Shown: positions 48,043 to 62,850 of the stretch, one piece after another
Layout: the number at the start of each line of letters is the position of its first letter
Position numbering within the stretch: the stretch's first letter is position 1
Source of the DNA: Octopus vulgaris
Lineage: Eukaryota
Assembly: GCA_951406725.2 (NCBI GenBank)
Contig: OX597829.1
Span: 10,168,001 to 10,232,000 of the forward strand
Reading direction: 5' to 3'
DNA length: 64,000 nt
The notes under the pieces: generated by a model
What the model saw: only the letters and a program-made list of their open reading frames with translations
Told to the model about the DNA's origin: nothing
The model's database searches: none
Program-made: the position numbers and the translations under genes

Positions 48043-48656
48043 TCGTCTTTGGTCGTTGTTTAACCTTTGTTCATCTCTGATCCAGTATTCCATATGATCA
48101 AAAGATATTCCAGCTGTGACCTTCTTTTCTTGGATTACATTATCCCAATGTGCCCTTCCCTTATCAAATCTTTAGAGAATGATAAGAGAGAGAGATATTT
48201 GGGGACTATTTTCCGTTGATAGGGCAAACGTCTACCGGCTCCCTAATTAACTCGAAATGTTTAGTCCATAAACTGTCGGGGTCGAGAACATTGCAGTATT
48301 TGTTACGGTTCTTCGTATTCTGAGTTCAAACCACGTTATGGACTAGCTGAGTGCTAGCCTTGATCAGTCACCAGTTTTAACGCTACAACTTAATAACTTC
48401 ATAACTTTTAGCAGTAGTATCCATTCTGTTGTGAATATTTGAACCAGGTTCGCTGGTTTGAGGATTCCTTCCTCCTTTATTCAAAACTTTCTGGGAAAAC
48501 CATGTAAAGGGTCATAGGCATTGTCTTCCCTTTTCACTATAAGTGATAAACAAAATAAATAATATGATATATGTTGATTTCATTTCGTCATCATCATCTT
48601 CTTTCTTTCTTTTTTACTGTTCATGTTGTGGTTGTTACTATTGTTATTGTTATTAA

Positions 48657-49110
48657 GGCAACGAGCTGGCAGAACCGTTAGCACGCCGGGCGAAATGCTT
48701 AGCAGCATTGCGCCTGGCTTTACGTTCTAAGCTCACATGCCACCAAGGTTCGGAGTTGATTAAGTAAGTACCAGTGAAATATTGGGGTCGATGAAATCTT
48801 TGAATCCCCTCCACTAAAATTTCAGGCCCCGTAGAAAGGATTATTCTTTGAATCATCATCATCATCATCATCACCATAATCGTCGTCTTCATCCTCGTCG
48901 TTGTCATCATTGTTAGCGGGCCGTGGACAGGCAGAATCGTTAAAGCGTCAGACAAAATGTCTTGCGTTATTTTTCTTGCCTCTTTACATTCTGAGTTCAA
49001 ATCCCACTGAAATCAACTTTACTTCTCATCTTTACAGGGTCGATAAAACGAAATACTACTTCAGTACTGCTGACTATGTAATCGACATATCCCATCACCT
49101 CAGAACAGTT
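48657..49110 (+). mobile_element. Two SINE copies (gtcgat family)
   Basis: ggcagaa-cgtta heads at about 48668 and 48931; ctgagttcaaat B-box-like motif; ggggtcgat. Confidence 0.78.
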
Positions 49111-49151
49111 GGCTCCTGCCTGGATAAATAACAACAGAAGCAACAACAACA

Positions 49152-49206
<55 letters not shown>

Positions 49207-49230
49207 GTAGTAGTCAGAAGGACTGATAGC

Positions 49231-49560
49231 TGTTATACAGCAAGCTCACACAGAGCTCTCACAGACAAGGAAGACCTAAAGGGAGGTACAAGGACACCCT
49301 AAAATGCAACCTCAAATGGAGCGGCATTAGTCAACACGAACTTGAAGTCTCTGCCTGCAGACACATCAGCGTGGAAGTATCCCACATCAGGTATCCCGTG
49401 GAGGTGTCCCACTTTCGAAGAGGACCGGCGTTAGCGTCTCGCTCTTACAAGAGAAGGACGTCACAGTGCAGACTCCGCCTAATTCCAGTCAAGAGTCTAT
49501 CGTTGTGACATCTGTGTGTTTCTAGCTTTGGACTGCGGTTTCACATGTGCTCTCATCCCA
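49231..49560 (+). pseudogene. RTE-clade LINE C-terminal remnant
   Basis: LYSKLTQSSHRQGRPKGRYKDTLKCNLKWSGI, then a terminal C2H2-like YRCDIC...GLRFHMCSH. Confidence 0.75.
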
Positions 49561-49982
49561 GAGAATACAGACTTTGAAATCTTCGGACACCGATGAACTA
49601 ACAAGGAAATGATTATAAGAAACTGTGTGAGAGAGAAAACCTCTCAGGAAAAGAAATAAATTCAAATATTGTGGAGTTATATTTGCAACGCACGCATCCT
49701 CATACATACATACATTAATATGCACGTACGTACTTACGTACATACAAGTATACATACATACCTGCATACATATTTGTACGTACGTACATACATACCAACA
49801 TACACACACAAACGTACGTATATATATATAAATATATATATACACAGCAAAAAAAACATATTAAAAAATATATTAAAACATATATAGTCTGCTTGGAATC
49901 TTACTTCTGATTCATGGAACTCACTCCTATAACTTCATAAGGATATTTACACTCTCTAAGAATATATGGAAAACCTATATGT

Positions 49983-50072
49983 GATTTAGCTGATGAATAC
50001 TTGACATTATATTTGCTGTAATATATGCAGCTTGAAATTAAATGTTTTTAGTATGAAACAATTGTACTAATC
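49983..50072 (+). ncRNA. Type I hammerhead ribozyme, canonical core, long stem II
   Basis: ga(t)ttag CTGATGA atact...agtat GAAAC AATT GTA ctaatc. Predicted cleavage after 50066. Confidence 0.88.
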
Positions 50073-50103
50073 TACCGATCCATTCTTGTTGCTTTTTTCT
50101 TGG

Positions 50104-50166
<63 letters not shown>

Positions 50167-50225
50167 CATACATACATACATACATACATACATACATACA
50201 TACATACATACATACATACATACAT

Positions 50226-50828
50226 ACGAGGTGGTATCAAAAATGTTTCAAAACTAGTTATATTTAATAAGATATAACTTATTTAGCTAAATTTTAGCAT
50301 TATCTCCTTCGAAATAGACACCATGCGCAGCAAAATACCGTCCCAGCATTCCTGTCACTTTTGGAATTCGGTCTGCAAGTCTTTTCCGTAAGCGAGTCGG
50401 GGACCTTCTGCAATTCGCTTCGGATCTCGACAACGGTATTTAAACAGTGACCTTAGAGTTGAATTCTCATTCTGGGGGGAAGAGGACGGGTGCGGGAGCG
50501 ATGCTGTGTTGCTTTTGGCGAGAAACACACGTGTGATCGTTACAGGGTGCATTGTTGTCGTAAAGAATCCAATTCATCGCGCTTCATTGATCCAGTTGCT
50601 TTCGCCAAATGTCTTCCCTCAAATGCTTTCAAAACATCGTTGATTGACTTCTGGCGATCCACATGCACAAACTGATCATTTTTCTTCACATTTCCGGGAT
50701 TAACGCTTGTAATGTCACTTGGTTCACTGCCTCATGAAGGTTACTGCTAGCTATCACTACGTACGCAAACGTGTGCTGCCATCTGTTGGTGCGCTACAGA
50801 ACTTACCCGAAAGTCTTTGATATTTGAC
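50226..50828 (-). mobile_element. Non-autonomous mariner-derived element
   Basis: TA-cgaggtggtatcaaaa end. Transposase C-terminal remnants on the minus strand (LPHP, FQK*QECWD..AHGVYFEGD); gccatctgttgg motif near the other end. Confidence 0.7.
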
Positions 50829-51355
50829 ATACATAATGTATATATCTATGTCTATAGGTATCTATATAAGCATGTTCGTATAATCTGCCATTCTCTTTTA
50901 TAAGGTAGTGAGGTGCAAAAATTTTATGGAGATTTATCTATTTCAAGAAGGGTAAGCGACCACGCAGAAGTTTCTTAGGGTTTTCTTCTTGTTGTTGTCA
51001 ACTGCAACAACAAAATAAGGGCAACAATCGGATCGACCTCACACGTTTAGGGTTACCAACAAATACAGTTCCGTCCATTCTGACAATAGGAAACCGATAA
51101 CAAAAGGGAAAACAAAATGAAAAATAAAGTATTAGTATTTTCCCACCCACCACCCCCGCCTAATTAACGCTTCGGTACACAATTAATTAGCCGGCGAAAA
51201 GATCACTAAATCTTCTTCTGAGATAATTAACGTGCTAAACATCACTGAATGGATCTATAGTTACAAGGATACATACACAATCACACACATATATGTATGT
51301 ATGTACGTACGTATGTATATATGTATGTATGTATGTATGTATGAATGTATGTATG

Positions 51356-51467
<112 letters not shown>

Positions 51468-52164
51468 TATATATATATGTATGTATATATAAACAGGCAA
51501 TCAAATATTACAGAATGATAATTTCAAGATCTATATAAGTATTGGTGGTCTTTTATTTAAATCATTTATCTGTAGCGGAAGTCATAGAACAATTGATAAA
51601 CTCTACGAGAGTCAATGATAGCGACCAATTTCAATTCACAGATCACATCACACAATCAAACAATCACTCTCTTCTATCTTATAAATGTCTGCTCTTCTAT
51701 CTAATTAACAAATCATTGCTTGAAGACGAGAGATCTATCGAGTTGTATTATATAAATATATCTACAATTACATACTTATGTTCGTGAATGGTATTATTAT
51801 CCATCTCAGATGTCTATGAGTTGTCAACAAGCAGGATAAACGACTCAGTTTCGATTCACAAACGAAACTAGTCACTTGAGTGATAATTTTTTTTCCTTGA
51901 TGGAAAGAGGAATGAAAACCCTTCAGTCAGTCCCATTTGTCGACAATGAGAAACAAATTTATGGTCCAGTGTACTTGTGTAGGAAATTAATGTCGTTAAC
52001 CTTGTGTAATTGATCAAATAAATGTTTGTGATTCTTTTGCGAATGACTGCACTTGCATATTAATCATGTATCTTTGTGTGTGAATGTGTGTGAATGTGTG
52101 AATGTGTGTGCGCACGCGCTTGTGTGTGTGTATGTCTGTCTGTGTCTGTTGGTGTGTTTATATA

Positions 52165-52229
<65 letters not shown>

Positions 52230-52247
52230 ATGTATATATATACCTAT

Positions 52248-52279
<32 letters not shown>

Positions 52280-52943
52280 TACTACCGTTGATTTGTTGTT
52301 GTTAGACAGATAAGCAGAATAACTGACTTCAGAGTTTCACTCATGGCTAAATGATGAGTCGTTGTAGGCAAGACATTGCGCTTCTCTCTGATAAAATAAT
52401 TACAATCTCCGTTCGTAAATTGTTCCATATTTTAGGATATTATACATACGTATATACAATTGTATATATTCGAACATGCAATTCACAACATCTCACAACA
52501 AAAATAAAAGCTAGGCTGGTAGATATTAGTGGAGAACGTAATACAGACTATTATTAAAGTAAAAACTCACAACGTACATTAAAAACACATGACTGATGAG
52601 GCCTAACCCTAACGATCAAAAATGCAGATTCCATAAGCAATATATATACAAGTCATATTGGGTCTTATTACCGAATAAAAAGGTGGCAATACATGCTAGG
52701 GTTATTAATCCTGAAGACGAGTGTATGAAAGTCTAGACATGCTGATGAGAGACAGAGGAACTTTACGTTTCGAAATAAACTTCAAGGAACTCATGTAAGG
52801 ATATGAAAAGAAAAAATGTCTTGATATAAAAAAAAAGATAAAATTGGAACATAGTCGTATATTCAACAACGTAGCATTTGTATGTAAGCATGTATGTGTG
52901 TTCATGTGTGCATATTTGTGTTATGCGCACGTGTGTGTGTGTG

Positions 52944-52980
<37 letters not shown>

Positions 52981-53130
52981 CAGAGAGAGAGAGAGAGACA
53001 GACAGACAGAGACAGAGTGGGTGTGTGCATACATGCCTGTATCCGTAAAAACATTTATACACAAATACGTAGACACACAACATTGCAAATGTGTTATACA
53101 TATATACACTTGCACATATGAATATGTGCG

Positions 53131-53176
<46 letters not shown>

Positions 53177-53242
53177 CATATATATATATACACACATATA
53201 TATATGCATATATATATACACATATATATATATATGCATATA

Positions 53243-53328
<86 letters not shown>

Positions 53329-53375
53329 TATATATATTATATACAAATATATAAAATTATGTATGTATATTTATG

Positions 53376-53407
<32 letters not shown>

Positions 53408-53613
53408 TATATATATATACACATACACACACACATATATATATAGTAAAGATAGATAGATAGATGATAGACTAACATGTAGGTATACATACATGTATGT
53501 GTGTGTGCATGTATATGTCAGTATGAACATATGCATGAACGTATGTATGTACTTTTATGCATGTATAGATAAATATAGATATACGCACACACATATACAC
53601 ATACATGCCTACT

Positions 53614-53664
<51 letters not shown>

Positions 53665-55225
53665 GTGTATGTATGTGTGGTGTGTTTGTGTGTACGTTTG
53701 CGTGTGAATATGCATATGCATATAGACTTATACGTATATAGATACATACGCTTGGCACTCACGCATGTGTATATTCATAGACAATTGTATGCATGTGTGT
53801 ATGTCTTCGTCTCGTTACAAATGTGCATATGTATATATGCACATATATGCATTGGTATAAGTGAATTTATGTAGCCATATAATGTATGTTTGTATGTGTA
53901 CGTGTGTGCATGTGCGCGTGTGTGTGTGTAAGCGTAGCGTTTTTCTAACAGACATGACATGACAGTAATTAAGCGGTTCCCCATTAAAATATCAACGGCT
54001 CTATTAATTATATTCATATAATAACCTTGTGTAAAATTCTTTGATCATGTTCTGTCTTCTGTGACAGTGTGCGTGTGTATGTGTGTGTGTATGTGTAGTC
54101 TCCCATTCTATACACGGCACTGGATGGTGTTTCATAACCACCTCTTCCTCTCCTCCTTCGAACCAACTTCCATTCATTCCTAACCCTTCTCCCCACACCC
54201 GCTCTCCATCCCACTCACCCCCCCACACACACACACTCCCAACCATCGCGTATTTTTCTCTGCAAGTATTATCATTATTGCTGTTGTTGTTGTTGTTCCA
54301 TATTCGACGAAATGTTCACTTCCTGTGGCGAGAGATTTTTAATAACCAATACTTCGCTCATCGAGAACCTTTCATACTTACAATGGTTGACTGAATGATA
54401 AGCTTCGAAAAATAAGTTACATATCTCCACCCACCACCACCACCACCACCAACAAAACCACCGCCACCGCTATAACAGCTACATCCACCATCACCACCAA
54501 CACCACTCACCATTGCAACTCCGAATTCCAATAAAATATGTTACTATTATTATCATCATCATTGTTGCTAGCACTGTCGCTTTACCGAAGACTGGGGTCT
54601 TTGCATTCACTAATATCATATTGTATGAACTCCCCCCATGCCCTCCCCCACTCCACTCCGTTATGCAGGGTCTTTTATTTAACTTGTGAAGTATTATCAT
54701 CATCATCATTTTCTTCATCGTCGTCAACCTCCCTTTCTCCACCTCCTCCTCCTCATCATCATCGTCATCATCGGCATCATCATCGGCATCATCATCATCA
54801 TCATCATCATCATCACCATCATCCTCATCATCCTCATCATCCCCATCATCATCGTCGTCGTCGTCATCCTCGTTGTGGTTGCTGTTGTTTATTATTACTA
54901 ATACTGACACAGCACTGAAAACTGTGTCCTTGGATTCACATATACAATTTCCTCCTCTAGTTCTTCATTTAACAGCAGTTTAGCATTACTCACAAATGTA
55001 TTAATAATACAGGCGACGACGAGGTAGAACAGATACAACGCGGAAAAAAAAGTACATGCAGTATTCGTTACAAGCATTAACATGCTGAGTTCACAATTTA
55101 CAGAGGTCAAATTTGCCTGTCATCCTTTTAGAGGTCGCGAAAATAAATACCAGTCACGAACTGGGGTCAATGAAGTCGACTAATCGCCTCCCTAAATTTC
55201 TTACACCAATATAAGAAACAATAGC

Positions 55226-55415
<190 letters not shown>

Positions 55416-55421
55416 TTATTA

Positions 55422-56430
55422 GTTTTATTTTTATAACGTGCTCTCACTTCACTAGCGAGCGCAGCTCTGTGTGCCTTGGCTATGTGCTGTGGTTTGCTGT
55501 GATGCTCTTATGGTTACTATATTGAAAGTGTTTTGCGTAGGATGTGTGCGGTGCCTAGTAGTGCAATTTTCTGTATGTTATATGTGTTTGTAAGTCCTCG
55601 TGTTTTTGTTATGTATTTGTCTGAAGATTTTTTTATCATGCCTAATGCACCTACTATGATAGGGATTGTTTCTGTTTTTAGATTCCACATTCGAATTATC
55701 TCTATGTCCAGGTCTTTGTATTTTGAAAGTTTCTCCATTTCTTTTAGAGAAACCTTGTCATCTGCTGGTATTAATACATCAATTAGGAAAAATTTTTTTC
55801 TCTATGATCTCTGACAACTACATCCAGGTTATTGGCCATAATTTCTCTATCTTTGTGTCGTATTCCATAGTATTGTTGCTTTCTCGTTTTCTGTGACCTT
55901 TTCTGGCGTGTGGTTATACCATCTTTTTTTTGTTGTTATTCCATAATGTTGGCATAGCTTCCATTGTATGTGGGTCCCAACTCTGTCGTGTCTGTGAATA
56001 TATTCCTTCTTAGCCAGGACAGGGCAGCCAGAGATAATATGATTTATTGTTTCTTGTCTATCTCCACATATTCTGCAGTTACTTGTTATGTTATATGTGT
56101 TTGGTAATTTCTGGTGAGGAGGCTTTGGTCTTGTGCTGCAATTAAAAATCCCTCTGTCTCTGCTTTCAGTCCTGAGCTTCTCAACCATTGCTGGGATTTT
56201 TCTTTGTGTATTTCTTTTGCATTTAGTTTAGTCCAGTATTTACCATGAAGGGGCTTTTCTTGCCATCGTTTTATCATGGTTCGTTGCTGCTCCAGTTTTA
56301 GTTTAGATTTCATTTGTTTTACACCTTTTGTAGTTTCTTCTTTTTCTTCATAACTATTAGGTACTATAACTTCTTTTTTGTATTAAAGACTGAAAACAGT
56401 TTTTTGTTTTGTTCGTATTTTGTAGCTATG
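55422..56430 (-). mobile_element. 5'-truncated Dong/R4-like family B copy
   Basis: [52 protein letters not shown]. 3'UTR then (AAT)n at 55226-55420. Confidence 0.92.
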
Positions 56431-56477
56431 GTGGTGTGGTGCTGGTGGCGGTAGGTTGGTTGTGGTGTTTCACGTAA

Positions 56478-56690
56478 GCAGCGAAATTGCCGAATCGTTA
56501 CCGAATCAGAAAAAAATGCCTACTGGCATTCCTTCTGACTACGTTTCGATTTCAAATACTTCCGGCATTGAATTTGCCTTTCATCCTTTCGGGGTCGATA
56601 AAAGAAAAGTACCAGTTGAGTACTGGGGGTCAATATAATCGATTTGCTCCCACTCCAGAAATTGCTATCCTTGTGCCAAAATTTAAAACC
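56478..56690 (+). mobile_element. SINE (gtcgat family)
   Basis: tttgcctttcatcctttcggggtcgataaa...gtaccagttgagtactgggg...ccttgtgccaaaattt. Confidence 0.8.
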
Positions 56691-57502
56691 ATTTTTATTG
56701 TCTCACATATTATTGTTTCAGGCATAGTTCTACCACATATCTGGCAAAAAAGAAAAAAAAATCATGTTAAACATCCTGTAGTTAGGTCTGTTGTTACCAA
56801 AACAACAGCACTTTATAATTTCACAATGTAAATACTATTACAAGTGAGAGGTGTAAACCGCCGTGCCAATCAATGCCGAAAATAATCCCAAAAGACGGTA
56901 ATTATGTAAGCCAGTACCTTACATTATATAATCATTTTTGCCGATGTTGTTTAGCTCCTAGATCATCTCTGATTAAAGGGAGCTATGAGTAAAGACATTC
57001 CAACAATGACCAGCTCATACATATTTCTTTCTGACACGGCCATAGTGTGCGTCTTACAGCGCAATCCGAAATTCCAATATGTTTGCTGTTTTTATTTTTA
57101 TTTTTTAAATCACTCGACTAATTGTGATTGAGAAACAGTTTCACCGTTGTTTCTCTTATAATGTCGATTTCTGTTGACCTATGAAAATTAATAATCATGC
57201 TCATCGTTAGCAGGGTCATCGTTGCCCTCGTAGACGCCATAGTCGTCGTCATCATCATCATCATCGTCGTCATTGTCGTCATCATCATCATCATCACCAT
57301 CATCGTCATCACTAACATCATCTTCATCATCATCATCGTTGTCGTTATCGTTATCATCATCATCATCATCATCATTGTCATCACCATCATTATCCTCATC
57401 ATCATCATCATCACTATCACCGTTATCAGTGCCATCATCATCGTTGTCGTCATCATCATCATCGTTGTAATGATCGTCGCGTTGTTGTCGTTGTCATTAT
57501 TA

Positions 57503-57607
<105 letters not shown>

Positions 57608-57632
57608 CATTATTATTAGAGCTATTATTATT

Positions 57633-58341
57633 CAGTAGTTCTATTTTTATAGCGTGCTTTCACTTCACTACCGAGCGCAGCTCTGTGTGCCTTGGCTATG
57701 TGCTGTGATTTGTTGTGATGCTCTGATGGTTATTGTATGGAAAGTGTTCTGCGTAGGATGTGTGCAGTGCCTAGTAGTGCAATTTTCTGTATGTTATATA
57801 TGTATGTAACTCCTGGTGTTTTTGTTATGTATTTGTTTGAATATTTTTTTATCATGCCTAATGCACCTACTATGATAGGAATTGTTTCTGTTTTCAGATT
57901 CCACATTCTGGTTACCTCTATTTCCAGGTCTTTGTATTTTGAGAGTTTCTCCATTTCTTTTAGAGACACGTTGACATCAGCCGGTATTGATACATCAATT
58001 AGAAAGCATTTTTTTTCTTCATGATCTTTGACAACTATATCTGGTCTGTTGGCCTTAATTTCTCTATCTGTGTGTATCGGCATATCCCAGAGTATGGTTG
58101 CTTTCTCGTTTTCTGTGACCTTTTCTGGTGTGTACCTATACCATCTTTTTTCTGTTGTTATTCCATAATGTTGGCATAGCTTCCAATGTATGTAGGTTCC
58201 AACTCTGTCATGTCTGTGAATATATTCCTTCTTAACCAGGACTGGGCAGCTAGAGATAATATGATTTATTGTTTCTTGTCCATCTCCACATATTCTGCAG
58301 TTACTTGTTATATTTCTTTTCATTACATGTTTTTGGTAATT
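57633..58341 (-). mobile_element. 5'-truncated Dong/R4-like family B copy with an uninterrupted CCHC and RLE frame
   Basis: ORF 57730-58323: CRICGDGQETINHIISSC, RHD, ANRPDIVV, CFLIDVSIP, EKLSKYKDL. (AAT)n on both flanks. Confidence 0.93.
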
Positions 58342-58351
58342 TTATTATTAA

Positions 58352-58552
<201 letters not shown>

Positions 58553-58717
58553 CAGCAGCAGCAGTTGTTGTTGTTGTTGTTCTTGAAGCCATATAAACAC
58601 TAACCCAGTAAATTGTGATCAATGTTGCTCCACAATAGACCATCCCCTCTTCTTTTTCTGTGTAGTGTTCCTATATATAACAAGTGTGCTCTGTTCTTTC
58701 TTTCTCTCCTTTCCTCT

Positions 58718-58757
<40 letters not shown>

Positions 58758-58949
58758 TATTTCTCTCTTTCTTTCTTTCTTTCTTTCCTTCTTTCTTTCT
58801 GTCTTTCTTTCTTTCTTTCTTGCTTTCTCTCTTTCTTGCTTTTGTTTCTTTCATTTATTTATTAGTTCCAAATGGTAAAATGTGATTTCAGAGAAACTTA
58901 GTAACCAATTTTATCAAACACACCCTCGCTGGATTGTATTTCTTTAATG

Positions 58950-59030
<81 letters not shown>

Positions 59031-59601
59031 TACATATGAATAGAGAGAGATGTGTGTTTGTGTGTGTGCGTGTGTATGTATCAATGTATGTATTTATAAA
59101 CATATTTGTCAATAGTCATGTGTGTGGTATGGGTAAATGTGAGTCTGCTAGCCCAAGTGTCTTTTTCTCCCTTACATCTATTTTGTCGTTTAGTACTTGT
59201 TTTAGCACATATCAGAGACTCAGATTCCTTCTTGTTTAGACAGACAGTTTCAATTTCCACCAAATTCAATTTGATTTGTTTAAAACATCAGTTATTCTTC
59301 GACATTCTTCTGTCATAATCTTGTTAGTTGTTTCTAAAAGTCATTTGAATGTTGTATAGTTTTCACAAGTTTTCGTGCCAAAATATAAAAGGAACGATTT
59401 GGAAAAACATAAACAGCATTTATCAACCGAAACAAGTTTCCTCGCCTCTCTTTATATTTAGGTTTCTTTATATTTATTTTTGCTTGGTTAATGTTTTTTG
59501 TGTTCGCTTTCGTTTCTCCAATGTAAATGGTACTCTCTTTTTCCTTCCTGCATCTACCTCTTGTTGTTGTTGTTGTTGTAGTAGTTCTTCTTCTTCTTCT
59601 T

Positions 59602-59759
<158 letters not shown>

Positions 59760-59791
59760 TATTATTGTTATTATTATTATTATTTTTATTA

Positions 59792-59849
<58 letters not shown>

Positions 59850-59850
<1 letters not shown>

Positions 59851-60310
59851 GAGTGAGAGAGCAGTGCATGCCACAAAGTGACACTGGAGTATAATATACG
59901 AAGCCCAATATACCCATCATGACTACCCGTCTAATAAAGGTACACTAGGCACATGCATCACAACCATGTGTGTATGACATGGTGAGCTCATATCAAGATA
60001 AACAGCGCATAGCCTTGCAGGTGGGGCCCAGTTAGAATTTTCTTCTGGTCGAGTAACCCATCCCGCTCAAAAGGTCCCTGAATAAGGGTTGTTTAATGGT
60101 GTTGAAAGAACCACCCATGTTTCCAGAGGTGAATTATTCAAACCCCAAAGAATCCCTCTCAACACATGGCTATGATGCTCCCCCACTACTTCTGCTCGTG
60201 ATCAGAGATGCACATATCGTCAGCCACTAAGGGACATGCTCAACTGGTTAAGGTCAAACAACTAACAAGCAAATATTTGCTGTAGACCATCTTTTATACC
60301 AAGACAAAAC
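59850..60310 (-). mobile_element. Non-coding (AAT)n-tailed repeat of about 460 bp
   Basis: Reverse complement of 1-316, extended further 5'; tail at 59630-59850. Confidence 0.78.
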
Positions 60311-60409
60311 ATCATCATCATCACCACCACCACCACCACCACCACCACCACCACCACCACCACCACCACCACCACCACCACCACCACCACCACCACCATC
60401 ATCATCATT

Positions 60410-60459
<50 letters not shown>

Positions 60460-61010
60460 TATTATTATTGCAACTGCTGTTGATGATGTTACTGTTGCTA
60501 TTTTGGTTGCAATTGTTGCTGCCGTTGTTTATTGTCGCTATGGCTGTTCTTCCTCCTACTGCTCCTCTTCCTTCTTTTTATTCTTTTCAACATCATCATC
60601 ATCATCATCATCATCATAATCATCAATAACAACAGTAACGGCAACAACAATAGCAACAGCAATAGCTGTATGAACATCAGAGACCAAAGCCAGGTCCGTA
60701 ACTCGAAAAGGATTTGTCACGCATATAGAGAAGCGCAAAAGTGCTCCTTACTTTCTAAAATTCCCCGTCACGAAATAAAGAACAACACAATCATCAATAA
60801 CCACATACTCATGTATCAAGCAACCTTTTCACTTACACTCTTGTTCTCCTTTGACCTTTTCTATTTCAACTTAAAGGAAACTCGGTCATGGCACCCTCGT
60901 AATCTGAAACACCGAAATGGAGGAAAATAGGATCAAACTTCTATTATTTTCCACTGAAGGAAAATAACAACATAAGTTGATGAAGGGTAGCAGAATCCCT
61001 TCCGCCCTCA

Positions 61011-61157
61011 TAGGGCTGTAATAGCAGAGTCAGGCCCTGGCACAAATCACTGGGCCCTATAGTATTTTTGTATTCACAGAAACTTACAGCTTTCATAAGT
61101 CAAAATTGGGTGCTCCGGGCCAACAGCCCAGTGTACCCACGACTCAAATCGTCACTG
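61011..61157. mobile_element. Possible hAT-type MITE
   Basis: Ends tagggc.../...cactg flanked by a near-identical 8-mer (cgccctca / tgccctca); internal ggccc motifs. Confidence 0.5.
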
Positions 61158-61769
61158 TGCCCTCATCTTCCTCTCCAATTGAAACCTTAAATAGTTTATG
61201 AGGGTTTAGCCAAAACAGAAGGATTTTTGTTTAGTCTTTTCAGGTATTTCATATCACGTCTTTCTTCATATTCATCAGGCCAGAAAACTGTCTAAGATTC
61301 TGAAAGACCAAAAATATTCTAGCCGAGAATCAAGACTGCAAGAGAATAATCTCGAATTTGGGGGATATCATGAAGTGATTATCAGAAGGCTGCTAACTGT
61401 GTTCCTTTCTTGTGAATTCTACAAACAAAATCTAGGTGTAAGGTAGCAGTAATAAACAGTTACATCAAACATGTCATGAATTATGCAGATAATTCTACAT
61501 AAATAAAACAGAATATAAAAATTAAACCCCTTGCTACTAAAATAGAAATATTCTAAAGGGACATACACACACACACACACACTCTCTCTCCCTCTTTCTC
61601 TCTCTTTCGTTCCCTCTTTCTCTCTCTCTCGTTCCCTCTTTCTCTCTCTCTCGTTCCCTCTTTCTCTCTGAAAGAGGGAGATGCTACAGCTGTGAAATCT
61701 TATACACGTTAATTTCAACACATTTTTATTAATAACTGCATTGTTTGTTTCCAGGTAAATTGACATCTG

Positions 61770-61950
61770 TCTGTTCAAAGAAGACATCAGAAGTAACTAG
61801 TAGCAACTGTACTTGAAAATGGACAGAATTTGGCATCGTTGTGTTATCGTGTACCTGCAGAAAATGCTTTAGTCTCCAAAGATATTCATGTTTACATAGT
61901 TGCTACATTCGTGGATGACGCCCCGGTTTTGTTAACAGAGCGACTTTGAA
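61770..61950 (+). pseudogene. Mariner transposase N-terminal remnant
   Basis: From 61819: MDRIWHRCVIVYLQKML*SPKDIHVYIVATFVDDAP. Confidence 0.7.
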
Positions 61951-62434
61951 GTGGAGAGAGTTTATACAAACTACTAATATAATATTAGATGAGATAATTT
62001 AGCCCAATTTGAGACTTTAAACTGCCCCCAAAATTATAGTACGAGAGTGTAATACACGTAAATACGAGCGAAAAGTTTGAGAATGGATTTTCCTACATAC
62101 ATAAAATTAATAGCTGAGATTTTAATGAAATTATAAAAATAAATATGTATTTAATTAACATTTTTGAAATTCTAGCAATAAGTTGATAATGTCTGTGTTC
62201 AGAATATTCTTCCCAAAGCCAGAAATAGAAACCGGTTACGTAAACAAGTGATTCTCAGAATTTTTTTTATCACCAAAGGACATTTTATACACACCTCTCT
62301 CCATGTTTTACAAAATCATAAATGAGCAACAAATAATGATAATTAAGCAGAAACTAATGTTTTCCATTGATTTATCATCATCCATGTTTTCTGCTCGTTA
62401 ATAACATTATTTCTCAATCATGTTCAAAACCTCA

Positions 62435-62495
62435 TTTTACATTATTTACATTTGACAGATATTTGTCTTCATCCGTCAAATGTAAATAATGTAAA
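62435..62495. repeat. Short inverted repeat
   Basis: tttacattatttacatttgacagat / atccgtcaaatgtaaataatgtaaa. Confidence 0.85.
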
Positions 62496-62616
62496 TAATG
62501 TACATAATTCCTCATCTCTTAAATATAGAACTATATTAAAAACCTAACAGAAAATTTATTGTTTAAAATATAAGTACATTATTCGGTGTTACTTTAAATC
62601 TCAGTAAAATTAACAT

Positions 62617-62850
62617 GCGTAGCTGTGTGGTAAGAAGCTTGCTTCCCAACCACATGGTTCCGGGTTCAGTACCACTACGTGACACCTTGGAAAGTGTCTT
62701 CTACTATACCCTCCGACTGACCACATTCTTGTGAGTAGATTTGGTAGGTGGAAACCGAAAGAATCCCTTCATAAAAAGTACAACTAAAAATTCTTTAAGG
62801 CGGTGCCCCAGCATTGCCGTAATATAAAAACTGAAAAATAAGTCAAAGAA
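62617..62850 (+). mobile_element. Major tRNA-derived SINE, internally deleted
   Basis: Head matches 40755-40905 and is joined directly to the taaggcggtgccccagcat tail. Confidence 0.82.

Noticed and set aside
51840-51875. Hairpin gactcagtttcg...cgaaactagtc resembling a hammerhead 3' half
   Set aside because: No upstream CUGANGA on either strand.
61244-61445. Open frame of about 66 codons after a tttcag acceptor; also CTGATGA..GAAA on the minus strand
   Set aside because: No recognisable protein or convincing donor; the hammerhead-like motif lacks stems I and III.
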